Shown: piece after piece, positions 11,842 through 24,805 of the stretch | How the letters are laid out: every line of letters starts with the position of its first letter | How positions within the stretch are numbered: position 1 is the first letter of the stretch | From: Mobula hypostoma | Taxonomy: Eukaryota | Length of the DNA: 64,000 nucleotides | Assembly (NCBI RefSeq): GCF_963921235.1 | Contig: NC_086118.1 | Span: forward strand, 25,174,001 to 25,238,000 | Direction: 5' to 3' | Notes under the pieces: generated by a model | What the model saw: the letters and a program-made list of their open reading frames with translations, nothing else | What the model was told of the DNA's origin: nothing | Databases searched by the model: none | Translations under genes and position numbers: made by a program

Positions 11842-13186
11842 GTACTGTATCAATAACATCTGCATAACTGCCTTTAGATATTAAGATGAGCATGAACGGG
11901 TTGGGGTGAAATATTCCAAGATATGGAGGATAACAGCTTACAAGTAGAAGACGTTAATTTGCCAATTCTCAAATAAGATTGCTTGTATTTGATTACTGGG
12001 CTATCTTTATACCTGTTCCTAACTTTACATATATGTGTATTTTATGAATTGAAATCATTTTGAGAAGTAAGGAATTAGATACAAATATTCTAAAGTACTG
12101 GAACAAGGTTTCAGTGCACTTGCTTTAACGCAGAAAGACAAAAAGAAATCAAAGGATTTCACAGAATTGACCGCCACTCACTAGAAGGCAGTGATGTGAT
12201 GTTTTCTTGGAGCAACCATTTTTTGGATATGGATATAAATGGCGTTTTGTTTAAGGTTACACTAAGAAAATACTGAAATAGGGATCCAAGCTATGTACCT
12301 GGTGTAACCATTCTGTACAAAATCCTACAGAGCTAACTGACCACCCACCTATCATCTTTATGTTCCCTGTTTCCCAGTTGGGCTCATTATTGGCAGGTGA
12401 ACATGCTCAGGCCTCCGTTGCTGCATATGAAGCTATCAAAACAAAAAAAAACTCATTTTACAAGAGTCCAAATGCAGGTTATCACCCACTTTGTAGCTTG
12501 AGAGTGACTGAGGCCAAAAAGAAAAAAATGATGTAATGTGCAGTACAATGCATCAGCAGCACTGAGGGTAGCAATTCACCTTCTTCAGTGGTTGAGGTCT
12601 TTAAGATAAGGAAACCAAGACAGTGTTCTTATTTGGAAGATCCAAGATTTTGATGTGCAGATGATGGAGTGGTGATAAATCTCCGAGTCAGTGTGGCGTT
12701 TGACTGAGGGGATTTGCAGGGAATGGTGTTTCTGTGAATTGATGCCCTTGATCATAAGGACAGTGAAAGTCATGAGCCCGTGGGTGGCATTTCATTCAGA
12801 CTGGTAAATTGGGTATTTTCCCAGCTGGTGCCGAGCTTCCTAACTCCTTTCAGAGTCTGATTCATCACACTTCTGACTTATGCCTTCAATGGCTTTGGGT
12901 AGCCAGGAGATAAATCATTCCTTGTATTCCTTGTGAAGTACCCAGCCTCTTACCTCTTCCTGCTTGTACCTGCAGTATTTATGGACCTGGTTCAATTAGA
13001 CTCTGTCCATCTGACTCCAGGGTGTTATTGCTAATGGATTGAGCAGTAGCAGTGTTATTGAATGTAAATAGTAGATGTTTAATTCTACTTCTGGAGTTGA
13101 TCATTACTTGGTAATTGTAAGTGCAAATTATTTACCAGCCTGTTCCAGCTGGAAGGTTATCTGGATCATGGTGCACAAGAGAATGG

Positions 13187-14100
13187 GGTGGCAGTGTTAG
13201 CTGTGAGGAGGATGCTAAGAGGATGCAGGGTGACTTGGATAGGTTGGGTGAGTGGGCAAATTCATGGCAGATGCAATTTAATGTGGATAAGTGTGAAGTT
13301 ATCCACCTTGGTGGCAAAAATAGGAAAACAGATTATTATCTGAATGGTGGCCGATTAGGAAAAGGGGAGGTGCAATGAGACCTGGGTGTCATTATACACC
13401 AGTCATTGAAAGTGGGCATGCAGGTACAGCAGGCGGTGAAAAAGGCGAATGGTATGCTGGCATTTATAGCGAGAGGATTCGAGTACAGGAGCAGGGAGGT
13501 ACTACTGCAGTTGTACAAGGCCTTGGTGAGACCACACCTGGAGTATTGTGTGCAGTTTTGGTCCCCTAATCTGAGGAAAGACATCTTTGCCATAGAGGGA
13601 GTACAAAGAAGGTTCACCAGATTGATTCCTGGGATGGCAGGACTTTCATATGAAGAAAGACTGGATGAATTGGGCTTGTACTCGTTGGAATTTAGAAGAT
13701 TGAGGGGGGATCTGATTGAAACGTATAAGATCCTAAAGGGATTGGACAGGCTAGATGCAGGAAGATTGTTCCCGATGTTGGGGAAGTCCAGAACGAGGGG
13801 TCACAGTTTGAGGATAGAGGGGAAGCCTTTTAGGACCGAGATTAGGAAAAACTTCTTCACACAGAGAGTGGTGAATCTGTGGAATTCTCTGCCACAGGAA
13901 ACTGCTGAGGCCAGTTCATTGGCTATATTTAAGAGGGAGTTAGATATGGCCCTTGTGGCTACGGGGGTCAGGGGGTATGGAGGGAAGGCTGGGGCGGGGT
14001 TCTGAGTTGGATGATCAGCCATGATCATAATAAATGGCGGTGCAGGCTCGAAGGGCCGAATGGCCTACTCCTGCACCTATTTTCTATGTTTCTATGTTTC
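13187..14100 (+). mobile_element. Young, 5'-truncated CR1 LINE (ORF2 C-terminus plus 3' UTR)
   Basis: WQMQFNVDKCEVIHLG, and the 199-aa ORF LYKALVRPHLEYCVQFWSP...NFFTQRVVNLWNSLP. Tail tttctatgtttctatgtttc. Confidence 0.95.
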
Positions 14101-14793
14101 ATTATCTGATAAGTTGCGAGTGGGCTGAACATTGTGCTTACTTCAACAAACGGCAACATTTCTGACTTGGTGGAGGGAAGACCTTTGATGATGCAACTGA
14201 GACTGTTTGGCTGCAGGCGTTGCTGAAACAGTGTTCATGGGGCTGATGTGATTGCCCTCCGACAACCATGGTCGTTTTTCTAAGTGTGAAGTATGATTTC
14301 AGGTTAATAAGTTTGCAGACGACACCAAAATTAGTGATATACTGCATAGGTTCTAGCCCAACAGGGGAAGTCAGCCAGTGAAGAGCAGATGGAAGTTAGT
14401 TGGGGCACGTGCAAGGTGTTGCATTTTAGCAGGTTAAACCAGGGCAAAAGTTGTACATTAAATGGCAGGGTCCTGAGAGCCTATTTAACAGAGAGACCTA
14501 GGGGTCAAGTACATAGTTTCTTGAAAATGGCAACACCAGTAGACAGGATGCTGAAACAGGCATATGACATGCTTACCTTCTTAAATCAGGAGAGACATAA
14601 TAGGAGCATTGTGTGTTCTCCTAATCACGTGGCTATAGAAAGGATGTAGGCAACTTGGTTGTCATGGAGAACTTAACTAAACGACCTGTTTTCATGTTGT
14701 TCAACTTCATGACTTAGAAATGTGGATGATTCAATTTTATGCTGGCACTTTTTGAAGTCACTTTTAGTCAAGTGCTTCCTTGATATGTCTCAA

Positions 14794-14889
14794 GCAACAC
14801 ACATCAAAGTTGCTGGTGAACGCAGCAGGCCAGGCAGCATCTCTGGGAAGAGGTACAGTCGATGTTTCGGGCCGAGACCCCTTCGTCAG
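14794..14889 (-). mobile_element. Solo Penelope-like terminal insert (about 96 bp) with hammerhead motif and 12-bp TSD
   Basis: Reverse complement is cctgacgaaggggtctcggcccgaaacatcgact... Flanked by gatatgtctcaa at 14782-14793 and 14890-14901. Confidence 0.85.
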
Positions 14890-16547
14890 GATATGTCTCA
14901 ACTCTCTTTGGGAATACAGCTCTCTTATTATTGTTTATTCTAAGGGTCCGATAAAATCTTCAATGACTGACTAAATAAATTGACCATTAGTAAGCAAATT
15001 CTTGGGTGAGTGGCACTTGGTAGCACTTTTGACAACACCTTGGTTGATGATGCAGAAATGACTAACAGGCAGTAATTAATTGGACAGGTTTTCTTTTGTG
15101 TGGGATAGTCATATCTGAGTTGGCTACACTGTCAGGTGAACACTGTCCTGCATGTGGGATCAAATGGAAAGTAAACTTGTTCTGATCTAAGTCTTCAGCA
15201 CCACAAACAGTTTGGTGTCAGGGGTCATAGTGTGTGGCCTGTGTAGATTGGCGTGAATATTACGGGTGGGTGTGTGTAAATGGATAGGCATGTGTGAATG
15301 CTTGTTTGTCCATGGGCATGCTTATCAGTGTGCGGAAAAGCGTGTGTGTGCAGATGAGCGAATGGGTATCTGTAGCATATCTCACTCCCAATGTTAGACC
15401 AAAAACAATCCTTTTTTATAGACAAATTAAGCCAGTTAGTTCAACATGCAATTGTTTTCTATGCTGCAAGGGTAATGTATCTTTCTGAAATCCAGTTTTG
15501 GGATCTGGGGAGTACTGGGCAGGCCAACATTCATTATCTGTCCCTAAGGGTCAAGGAGAAGGGTGGCAATCAGCTGCCCTGCTGAATACTGCGTTCCTTC
15601 TGGTACAGACTAGTGCTGTTACTTGGCAGCTGCATGATATAGATTCATCAGCAGTGAAAGAAATGCGATATGTTTCCAATTTTGGATGGTGGCAGGGAGA
15701 CTGCAAATGATTATCTTACAGTAATATAGGCTGGTGGGGGAACATACTTAAGAACATAGAAAAATCCTCAATGAAGACAAACACTTTATCAACATGTTAG
15801 TCAGAATGTATGTAAGTTTTACTTGACTTCAGGAGGTACATTTGAAATATATAAATAGCTTCAATGAAATATGAGTACCCACCTCAATGTACAGGGTGTA
15901 AGTGATTTGAAAAGTGCAGAGCGCTTGCATATTGTAACCAAAAAGAATCATACACTCAAGTTTCATCAGCAGAGGGTTGTTAACTCACAGTTCATACCTT
16001 ATATTACCATTGTTTATTTTTCTCTGAACAACAGTGTGGAGAATATTCTTAGAATTATTTATGTATCTTTTATATAGTTAGCCTAGAAATTCTATAATCA
16101 TGTGTTTCGAAATGTCAATTGCTTCATTGTAAGAACTTGGTTTGTTGTTTGACCGGATTTTACTTTTAAAGCCCCAGCAAATCTTAGTAATGTGTGCATT
16201 ATCCCTGTGCATATAGGACTTAAAACAATTATACTGCATTCAACTAATTTGGCAGTTACCATTATATTACATACATGTAATTTCCCAGAACATGTTCAAT
16301 AGCCAAGCTGAGCCTTGAAAATCTGATGCTCTGACTTTAAGCAATAGTTGGATGGAATATTTTCTACAAACTTTGTCAATCCAATTAAATTTGTGGTGCA
16401 CACATTAAATTATCGTGATGTACTTTAGGAATATAAGTTAAGTTAAATGTATTTTGAAGTATTCTCTTTGTTTTCCTATAGCATCTTCTTTATTAAGCCT
16501 AGCATTCTTTTCTCTAAAGCGTTGATGGTGTCTCTGTGTTCCTGTAG

Positions 16548-16769
16548 CATGGGTGTGAGGGTGATGGACACTTCCTGGGTGGCCCGCAGAGGCTCCTCCA
16601 TTGTCCGAAAAACATCCTCCACCCCGCCTGGCACACAACCCCCTCCTCCGCCCGCCGAACTCGCTGCTTCGTGTCAGTCGCCAATCCCCGAGCAGTCTGT
16701 AGAACGTTCCACTTCTCCCTCCCCCACTCCTCCACCTAGCGGCCCAGTATCAGGGGCCGAAACAGCAAG
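16548..16769 (+). CDS. ARHGAP44: ARHGAP44 exon (SMGVRVMDTSWVARRGSS...QPPPPPAELAA...ETA)
   Basis: Acceptor cctgtag|, donor |gtaaga. 222 nt, phase 2/2, matches RICH2. Confidence 0.95.
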
Positions 16770-17339
16770 GTAAGAGTGTGTACCAGCTGCTGTGTCTGTG
16801 TCAGCAAGCTTTCAGAGCTTTCTACCCCTCCCGCCAACCACACACACCCCCCCCCCACCATTCTGCTTGACTGTTACCTGAGCTTCTGGCACATGCAGTG
16901 AGCTGAATGAGGAAAGCGTGCACATTTCTCATCAGTATAATGACACTGGTTACCGATTATATTGTGGCCATAAAACTTACCCAATCTCATTTTCTGCATT
17001 GTGAAGGAAAATATACAGTAGCATTTGTTTGGCCAGAAAGTAAAACGATGGCATTGTATAAATAGTGACTGCTTTTGAGGGTATTTGTCGATTAACTGTA
17101 GTGCCTCCTGGAACGCAAGATGACCAGAAGAGAGACACGATATTGGCTGACGGAATGAACAGTTCACCCAGTTGAACATTACACAATAAGGAGCATGAAG
17201 AGAAACAAAAATTTTGTGAAAAAAAACTGAAATTTAGTGAGTAGACATGGAAACTGTGGCAGGTGGAGTTCCATTTTGGGATCTTCACTATGAAACAACG
17301 AAAGGGAAGAGCAACTTCCGAATAGTAAGACACTAGGAA

Positions 17340-17680
17340 TTCAGAATCAGACTTATTATCACTGACATATTTGATGTCAAGTTTGTTTTTTGCAGCTGCA
17401 ATGCAGTAAAATACAAAAAAAAACTACAAATCACACTAATAAATAAATCGTGCAGAAAATTGAAATAACAAGTTTGTGTTCATGGACCGTTCAGAAATCT
17501 GATGACGAGGGGGAAGAAGGTATTTCGGAGTCTTTGAGGCATCTGTACCTTCTCCTCAACGGTAGTAACAGGAAGAGGGTACACCGTAGAGCATCCTCAT
17601 GTCCTCAGTGAGGGATGCCGCCTTATTGAGGTTATCCGCGATGGTGGGGAGGGTTGTGCCCGTGATGAGCTGGCTGAGTT
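17340..17680 (-). mobile_element. Decayed Rex1/Babar-type 3' fragment
   Basis: tcagaatcaga...tattatcactgac is the reverse of the tail at 3500. The body is reverse-complementary to the Rex1 end at 3172. Confidence 0.6.
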
Positions 17681-18699
17681 CTGGAGTATTATGGAGGAAC
17701 AGAGAGATTTACAGAAGCAGGAAATGCAATGAATAGGTACAAGAGTAATGGAATAGGATCATGGGATAGAATCATCGAACATTGGTGAGGTCATTCAAAG
17801 TCATACAGCATATTGAGTATTTGTTGACGAAAACAAGAACTAATCAACCTAACCCCAATTTCTGGCATTTGGTACACAGCTCATAGTGTCAAGGAACTTT
17901 ATAAAGCTTTCTTGTTCCACTACCCTTTAAGATAACGTTCCAAATCTCAGCTACTGTCTTATCTTCCCTCTATTTTTTCTCCTAATAAAAATCTTTGGAA
18001 TGTTTGCTTTCATCTCAAGGATGCCAAAATAAATGGGGTGACTTTGTGAAGCAGTTGTGTCAAGCTTCATATAGACTGCACCTACTTAGTTCCATTCAAA
18101 TGGCATCGGGAAGTTAACTTTGCAGATAGTACAAAGTAGTTGCACCAGAATCTCTTGGAGGGTGAAAGTGGAGACATAAAGTTAGTCTTCCTGCAGCGAA
18201 TTGTTTTCTTCAGTGAGGAAAGATGAAGTGATCTAATCAACTTTTTAGATAATTATAGGAATTGAAAGGTGAGGCAAAAAATTACTTACTTGCTTGGAAG
18301 GTCCGGGAAAGGGGCATAACCTCACAGTCTGACTACTCAAGGGTTATATCAGGAAGTATATCTCCACATGGAGGGCAGTGAAATTATTCAATTCTCCAAA
18401 AACCTGCTGTAGTTAGGCTAAAAAGTGCAAGCAAGGCACTTCTGCTTGGAGTTAAAATATAAATAAGGCAAGATTCAAAGCAACAACAAAGTAACCAGGA
18501 AGGAAGAAGGACATGCTATACCAATAGCTTCCTCACATTTATAATGTTACTGTGCCCTAACAGTTACATCTTCAGGAGAAAAGTGTGCTGACGTTCAGCT
18601 TCAGCATCAAATAATGAGCAGTCACTATTTAATCCATTATACCCTTGGAAAAGAGAGTCGACTAATCTTTAACTGAGTCACAAAGATAATACAATATTA

Positions 18700-19685
18700 T
18701 GTAACACCCATAAAATGCTGGAGGAACTCATGCCAGGCCGCGTCTGTGGAAATGAATGAACAGTCAATATTTCTAGCCAAGACCCTTCTTCAGAACTGGA
18801 AAGGAAGGGGGAAGATGCCTGAGTAAAAAAGATGGGGGAGGGGAAGGAAGACAAGCTGGAAGGTGATAAATGAAGCCAGGGAGACTGGAGAGGAAGGAAT
18901 CTGATAGGAGAGGAGAGTGAACCATGGGAGAAAGGGAAAAAGGAGGGAACCAAGGGGAGGTGATAGGCAGGTGAGGAGAAGAGATGAGAGGCCTGAGTGG
19001 GGAACAGAAGAAGAGAGAAAGGGAAGGAAAATGAATTACTGGAAGGAGAAATCAATGTTCATGTCATCAGGTTTGAGGCCACCTAAACAGAATATGAGGA
19101 GTTGCTCCTCAATCCTGATAGGGGCCATCATTCATTGAGGAAAAAGAGGAGGCGATGGACCGAGGTATCAGAATGGGGATGGGAATTAATGAGCCATGGC
19201 CTCCTCGTCTGCCGTGATGAGCTATGACCTCCTGTTTTGTCATGATGAGGCCCCTCTCAAGGTGGAGGAGCAACACCTCATACTTTGTCTAGGTAGCCTC
19301 CAACCTGATGGCATGGGCATCAATTTCTCCCTCCCCCCTCCCTCTTCTATTCCCCACTCTGCCTTCTTAGCTCTCCTCCTCACCTACCTATTACCTCCCC
19401 CGGTGCCACTCCTTCTTGCTCTTCTCACATGGTTCACTCTCCTCTCCGATCAGGTTCTTCATCTCCAGTCTACCCAGCTTCACCTTCTAGCTAGTCCTCC
19501 TCCCCCCACCCCAGCACCTTTTTATTCGGGCATTTTCCGTCCTTCTTTCCAATCCCGAAGAAGGGCCTTGACCCGAAACATCGACTGTTTATTCATTTCC
19601 ATAGATGCTGCATAACCTGCTGAGTTCCTCCAACAATTTACGTGTGTTGCTATGTATTTCCAGATCTGCAGAATCCCTTGTGTTT
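18700..19685. mobile_element. Inverted two-arm Penelope-like insertion (minus arm about 18700-19190, plus arm about 19195-19685), decayed
   Basis: The plus arm encodes DEAPLKVEEQHLILCLGSLQPDGMGINF (GIY-YIG C-terminus) and the left arm is its reverse complement. Both outer ends carry degenerate hammerhead motifs. Confidence 0.75.
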
Positions 19686-19911
19686 TTTTTACCTAACACT
19701 CCGGGCTTTTCGTTGCAATGTCATTAAATTGCCACTAGAGGGCGGTCTGTAAGCGTAAATGCATGGATTATGCAGCTGGAAGAGAAAAAAAACTGCAGAC
19801 GTTAATTTAGATTTTACATTAAAGATTGAACACCAGGGGTATAATAGCTCAATTCAGAAACCAGTATTTACTGCTTTTGTCTTCAGGCTGCTAAATCAAG
19901 TAACACATTTG

Positions 19912-20693
19912 TACGATGGATTCCAGTTAATTGGGACACATTGAGACCAGTACATTTGGCCCCATTATGTGGCTTCCTGAATTATTTAAAGTTTCATGAA
20001 TGTAGTTAAAAAAGTAAAAAAAAAAGGCAAACTACTATTTAACTGAATAACAAATTATGTACTTAAATGAAATACAAAACAAATTCAAACACTACCAATA
20101 CTACTATAATACTATAAAACTGTGTTCCTAATAGTTCATTCCATGTATGCTGCCATGTTCTTTTGATTGACCGTAGATGAAGAAAGTCAGTGCAGACACC
20201 TAGTGAAGATAACCTTCATATAATGCTATAGCTGATAGCATCCTCCAAAGCTTTATGCATTGTAAAATTCAAGATGATTGTCGATACCTTAAAATTCTTC
20301 ATAGTCCCTAACTTGTTGAAGTAGTGAAATTGTTTTATTTTCACTTCTGGCCTTTCTGGCTTGAAACTGCAGAGAACAAAACATTTCAGAATTTTCCTAC
20401 TGCTTATTTCTCGCCAACTATTGGTGACAAAAATCACGGCTTTTTTAACACTAGCACAGACGGCTGATGCTATTTAAAGACTTCTTGCTCTAAGTACAGT
20501 GTAATGTCTAATGACCATACACGTACACGCATCTGACGCTGATTAAAAACTGTCCAGCAACAGTCTCCTGTCCTGGTTAAGTCCCCAAATAAATGGAGGG
20601 ACTCCCAGCTATTTTCTTGATCAGTTTTTATCTTTAAGATTTGTCCCAAATAACCCCTATTAACTAATGGTCCAATTAATTGTATTTACTAGT
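19912..20693. mobile_element. Probable decayed Tc1/mariner (Tigger-like) non-autonomous DNA element
   Basis: Imperfect terminal inverted repeats ta-cgatggattccagttaattgg ... ccaattaattgtatttactag-ta. Confidence 0.45.
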
Positions 20694-21759
20694 AAAATCC
20701 TCCTCAAAGTGTTGATGAAGGTGATACTAAATGTCTTTATTTCATTCAGAATTGGAAAGAAGCACACCAACAACCAGAAACATTTTCTGAAATGATCATG
20801 GATTTTTCAGGATTGTTTTCGGTCAAGGACAAGAAATACTGAACAAGCTTAACTCACCCTGCATCTTTTATCTAATTTTTTTTTTCTATTGAAGTACTGT
20901 AATCGGCTTCAAATTTTAAGCTGTAGTTGTGAGACTGAACAAATGGTGCATATCAATAACAAATATAATGGTATTGTTGTTCCCACAATCGCTTCATCTA
21001 GTAACTATGTTTAACTAAACTGTGAAACATAATATAATCAGAAGGGAGCAGAATGTTTATTATAGAGTGGAACTATTCTTCAAATGCTTTTGTTATTTTC
21101 CTATAATAGTACAATAACTTTATTGATATCTTAAGAAATGACTTCTAAATTAGCTTATAATTATCTGTAGGGCAATTTGGGGTTCCTGAGGGTATATTTG
21201 TCACTTTAATTGTGATTCCACTTTAGTGTGTCAATATTACATCAATAGAAAACTATTTTGAGATCTTGACATTTTTTAATCTGATAAACTTTTTAAATAT
21301 CTCTATATAAAAATATTTATAGAAATTGACTACTCTTGTGATTGAGCAGAAAAGCCATGGTAAAGTAGTTAGCTCCATCCAGTCTATTTGGGTATGTATA
21401 AATCACTGAGCAACAGACATTGCACACATTGTAATTTGTGTTTTACTTGCTAGTTAAGACACTAAGATTATAACTTGTCTTAAGATAATGAAAAGCTTTC
21501 AAAAGAAATGATCAGAATTTATCCCAATAATGTGATTGGAATATGTTTGCATAGGCCAAACTTTATTGTCTTCAAGCTCTCTGGTGTTCTCATTTAATAA
21601 ATAATTCATAATTCAGGCCCTAATACACAATCATATTACTGTTGATGCTAAAATACTCTGAATTACCATCAGGAATTAAAATTAAAAGTATGCTTAGTTG
21701 CTTAAACTATTGTATTCGATGTACACTGTATTGGCATTTAATATTTCTAAACAAAGCTG

Positions 21760-22050
21760 GTCATGCAATAGTAGTGTAGTGGTTAATATAACGCTTTATA
21801 GTACCAGTAACCCAGGTTCAATTCCTACCACAGCTTGTAAGGAGTTTGAACGTTCCCCTTGACACTATCTGGGTTTCCTCCAGGTGCTCTGGTTTCCTCC
21901 CACAGACCAAAGATGTACCGGTTGGTAGGTTAATTGGTCATTGTAAATTATCTCATGATTAGTCTAGGTTTAAATCAGGGGATTGCTGAACTGCACAGCT
22001 CAAAGGGCCAGAAGGGCCTATTCCTTGCTGTATCTTAATAAATGAATAAA
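21760..22050 (+). mobile_element. tRNA-derived V-SINE (HE1-like)
   Basis: A box tagtgtagtggtt, B box ggttcaattcc, V domain gggtttcctccaggtgctctggtttcctcccacag and an aataaatgaataaa tail. Confidence 0.8.
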
Positions 22051-23035
22051 TACATTTTATATATTTTAGATAAATTAAAAGTTAAAGGATAAGGCAGATC
22101 CTTTCCAATTTGTTTTTGTTTACGTGGTTGATGGGAGTGAGCCTACATGGGTCATTTTTAATTAAAATTCAGCATTATCAAACCACCTGGCCATTATTCA
22201 ACTCTCACAATGTTCATTGCTTTGGGGAAAGATGTATAAATTGCCCTGAAATAATATTTCTTCCTTTGCACTCTCACCAAGTGTAAAAATTATCCCCATC
22301 AATCAAGCATCCCCAGTTGCACGAAGAAGCTATCAGTGAGTGTTATTTCTACAACTGAACGGCTGAGAAAGCTATGTTGTGGGGCACATCATAAATCAGC
22401 AATGTTTGCTGTAAAATTCATCCCAGGTCAGCAACACTAAATGTGACAATGTCAGAACAATGTTCTGCAGCTGAAAATTTGTTCTATTGGTCAGCTTTGG
22501 CACTGCCATCCAGGAATGTGATTCACATTCAATCAGGTTCTATTCCCTCAGGCATGAATGAATCCGGACTTTTATTTATTTTGTTAAATCTCTTACCCCG
22601 AATACGTTTGTTCAATTTCTTTTTCAAATCAAAAATTTTGCCTCCCTGCAGTACAAAAATACACACTCAATAAAATAGAAAAAAAAATGGCTTGAGAAAC
22701 TATTGGTGTATCACTGTTGCTTTGAATTCAAGTGCAGTGAATGCATGTGCACTCTGTATTTTAAATCCTAATGCTTAAGTTTGCAAAACCTTATAACACG
22801 TTTCACATTCAGCATGGCACTGCTCCGCCCTTGGTGTCCGCTGTGTGTTGTGTAGTCACCCACCCACCTTAACGGCCCTGCTTTGTTGCTGTATGCAAAT
22901 GTCTATTGTATATTGTCAAGCAGTGTCCGAGTTACTAAACCATGTACTTTTTTCTCTGTTGATTTTTTTTTCCCCCTGTTCTATTTTCTTTTGTACCTCT
23001 CCCAACAAATGTTGTTGCTCTCTTAATGTTTACAG

Positions 23036-23482
23036 CGCAGACGAGTTGCCTTCCAATTGGTCGGATTCCTGTTATTCTTATCCGTCCCCAGAGGATGACA
23101 GATCTACCCCGTCTCCTTGCTCCCAGCATGCCCACCATTTCTACCATAAGGCTCAGCCATCTGCTCGGCCTGAGGCTGTACCCCAAGCCTCGCCCCCTCA
23201 GCGATGGCCCGGGTACAGCCCAACCTTGCTCACTCGGCCTCCTTCCCCACAGCAGCTTGACATCAACTCTAACCCTCAGCCGTGCTCCCTTCACCTCCCT
23301 AAGCCGGGCTCCCCTACTGACTTGCATGTATCTGAAACTAACGTCTCACCTGTCTACATCAAAACCCCTCTTCTCCTAACCAAGCACAACCCCCATTGTA
23401 ACCCCTCCACCCCTTCTGTGTCAGCCTCTCCCCCTTGGGTCGGCTGCGCCTGTGCCAGAGACAAAGGAACCAGGCTAACTAG
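23036..23482 (+). CDS. ARHGAP44: 447-nt proline-rich ARHGAP44 exon, probably an alternative cassette (SADELPSNWSDSCYSYPSPED...DKGTRLT)
   Basis: Long polypyrimidine tract and tttacag|, donor |gtaaat. 149 open codons, phase 2/2. Absent from the canonical human protein as I recall it. Confidence 0.8.
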
Positions 23483-23752
23483 GTAAATATTTGCAATTCA
23501 TGCCTCAGTGCAAAGAATACCTTTGAAACTGTAGTTAAAGCTATTGTTAGGGTTTGTACTGAGGGAAAGTAACAGACAATTAATAAAGAAAATAATGTGC
23601 AGGGCTCACGTGTATATGTTGAGTGTGCATGTTGTATAAGTTAGTTAACCAAGACTGGTAGAAATATGTGTGCGTTTATTCTATATGTGTATGTCTACAC
23701 TGAGACCAAACAGGTTCCCATGTACAAGTAATCCTCTTCTTTCTCTCTTCAG

Positions 23753-23898
23753 TGCAATGAAAGGCAAAGAACTCTCCCCTGTGATTGGACAGAAAGGCAG
23801 GCCCGTTTCTGACCATGTGACTTCTTCCAGCAGCCTGCAGCAAAGCATTGCCACAAGTCAGCTGCCAAGTGAGCAGAGCCCCCATACATTGCGCAAAG
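23753..23898 (+). CDS. ARHGAP44: ARHGAP44 exon (SAMKGKELSPVIGQKG...EQSPHTLRK)
   Basis: Acceptor ttctctcttcag|, weak donor AAAG|gtggac. KELSP and QSPHTLRK match RICH2. Phase 2/1. Confidence 0.92.
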
Positions 23899-24002
23899 GT
23901 GGACACTTACCTTTTTTTTAAATGCTTATTAAATCTGCTTCGTTGTACGCTGACTGCTTTTGAAGTAGATAATGGGCTTATGGGTGTGTCATGAAATCCA
24001 AT

Positions 24003-24805
24003 AGGTTTGAATAGGCACGTTTAATCTCAGAGAAATGTATTACAATATACATACTGAAATTCTTTTTCTTCGCAATCATTCACGAAAACAGAGGGGTGCT
24101 CCAACGAATGAATGCCACTTAGATGTTACAACCCAAAGGCCCCCCCCACCCAGTTTCCTCCTCCCACGCGTAAGCAGCAGTAAAGTGAAACGCCCTTCCC
24201 CCACCAGCTAAAAGCACCTGCACCTCCCACCGAGCACTCAGGCGTGCAGCAAATCATCAATAAAGACACAGATCTGCAGTACCCCAAAGACTACTCGTTC
24301 ACCCGGTAATTCGACATACCACAGGGTCTCTCTCTCTCCCTAATAAGGAAAAAAGAAGTGCCCCGTTTCACAGCGAGACGGGAGATGTAACAAACAACTC
24401 ACTGATATACGGTGTTATAAAGTCTGTGGCGTCACTTTTTCCGAGCTCTGTGCCCAAAGAACTTGGGTCTCTGGGCACACAGCCAGCAGCCAGCTCGCTG
24501 CTTTCGATCTTCCATTTATTCCCATGACACTTCAGGCAGCAGCACGGGCCTCAAACCCGCCCGCCTCCAGAGCCATGGAAATCGGGCACCCTGAAGGCGC
24601 GCTTGCCTTCCAGGCCCCGTCCTTGGCATATCGAAAGGCGGCCGGTCGTGAGGCCCTGAGAGCGGGCCCCGTGTCCACAAAGAACCAAAGTCAGCGTGTA
24701 ACTCCAAAAGGAACCCTAAAAAGGAAGAAAAGAGATACCAAAGATAGAAATAGAGCTGTTTCCGAAGATACAAGCAAAGGAGTCGCCATTAGGCGCCATC
24801 ATCCT
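24003..24805 (-). mobile_element. Non-coding, CpG-rich interspersed element (probable non-autonomous LINE derivative)
   Basis: The minus strand begins ...gatgatggcgcctaatggcgactcc. Its 3' end matches the fragment at 53940-54010 (aatgtcagcgaaatgtatacaatatacatcctgaaat). Confidence 0.55.

Noticed and set aside
13406..14005. 199-aa ORF as a host gene
   Set aside because: C-terminus of CR1 ORF2 in a 5'-truncated copy.
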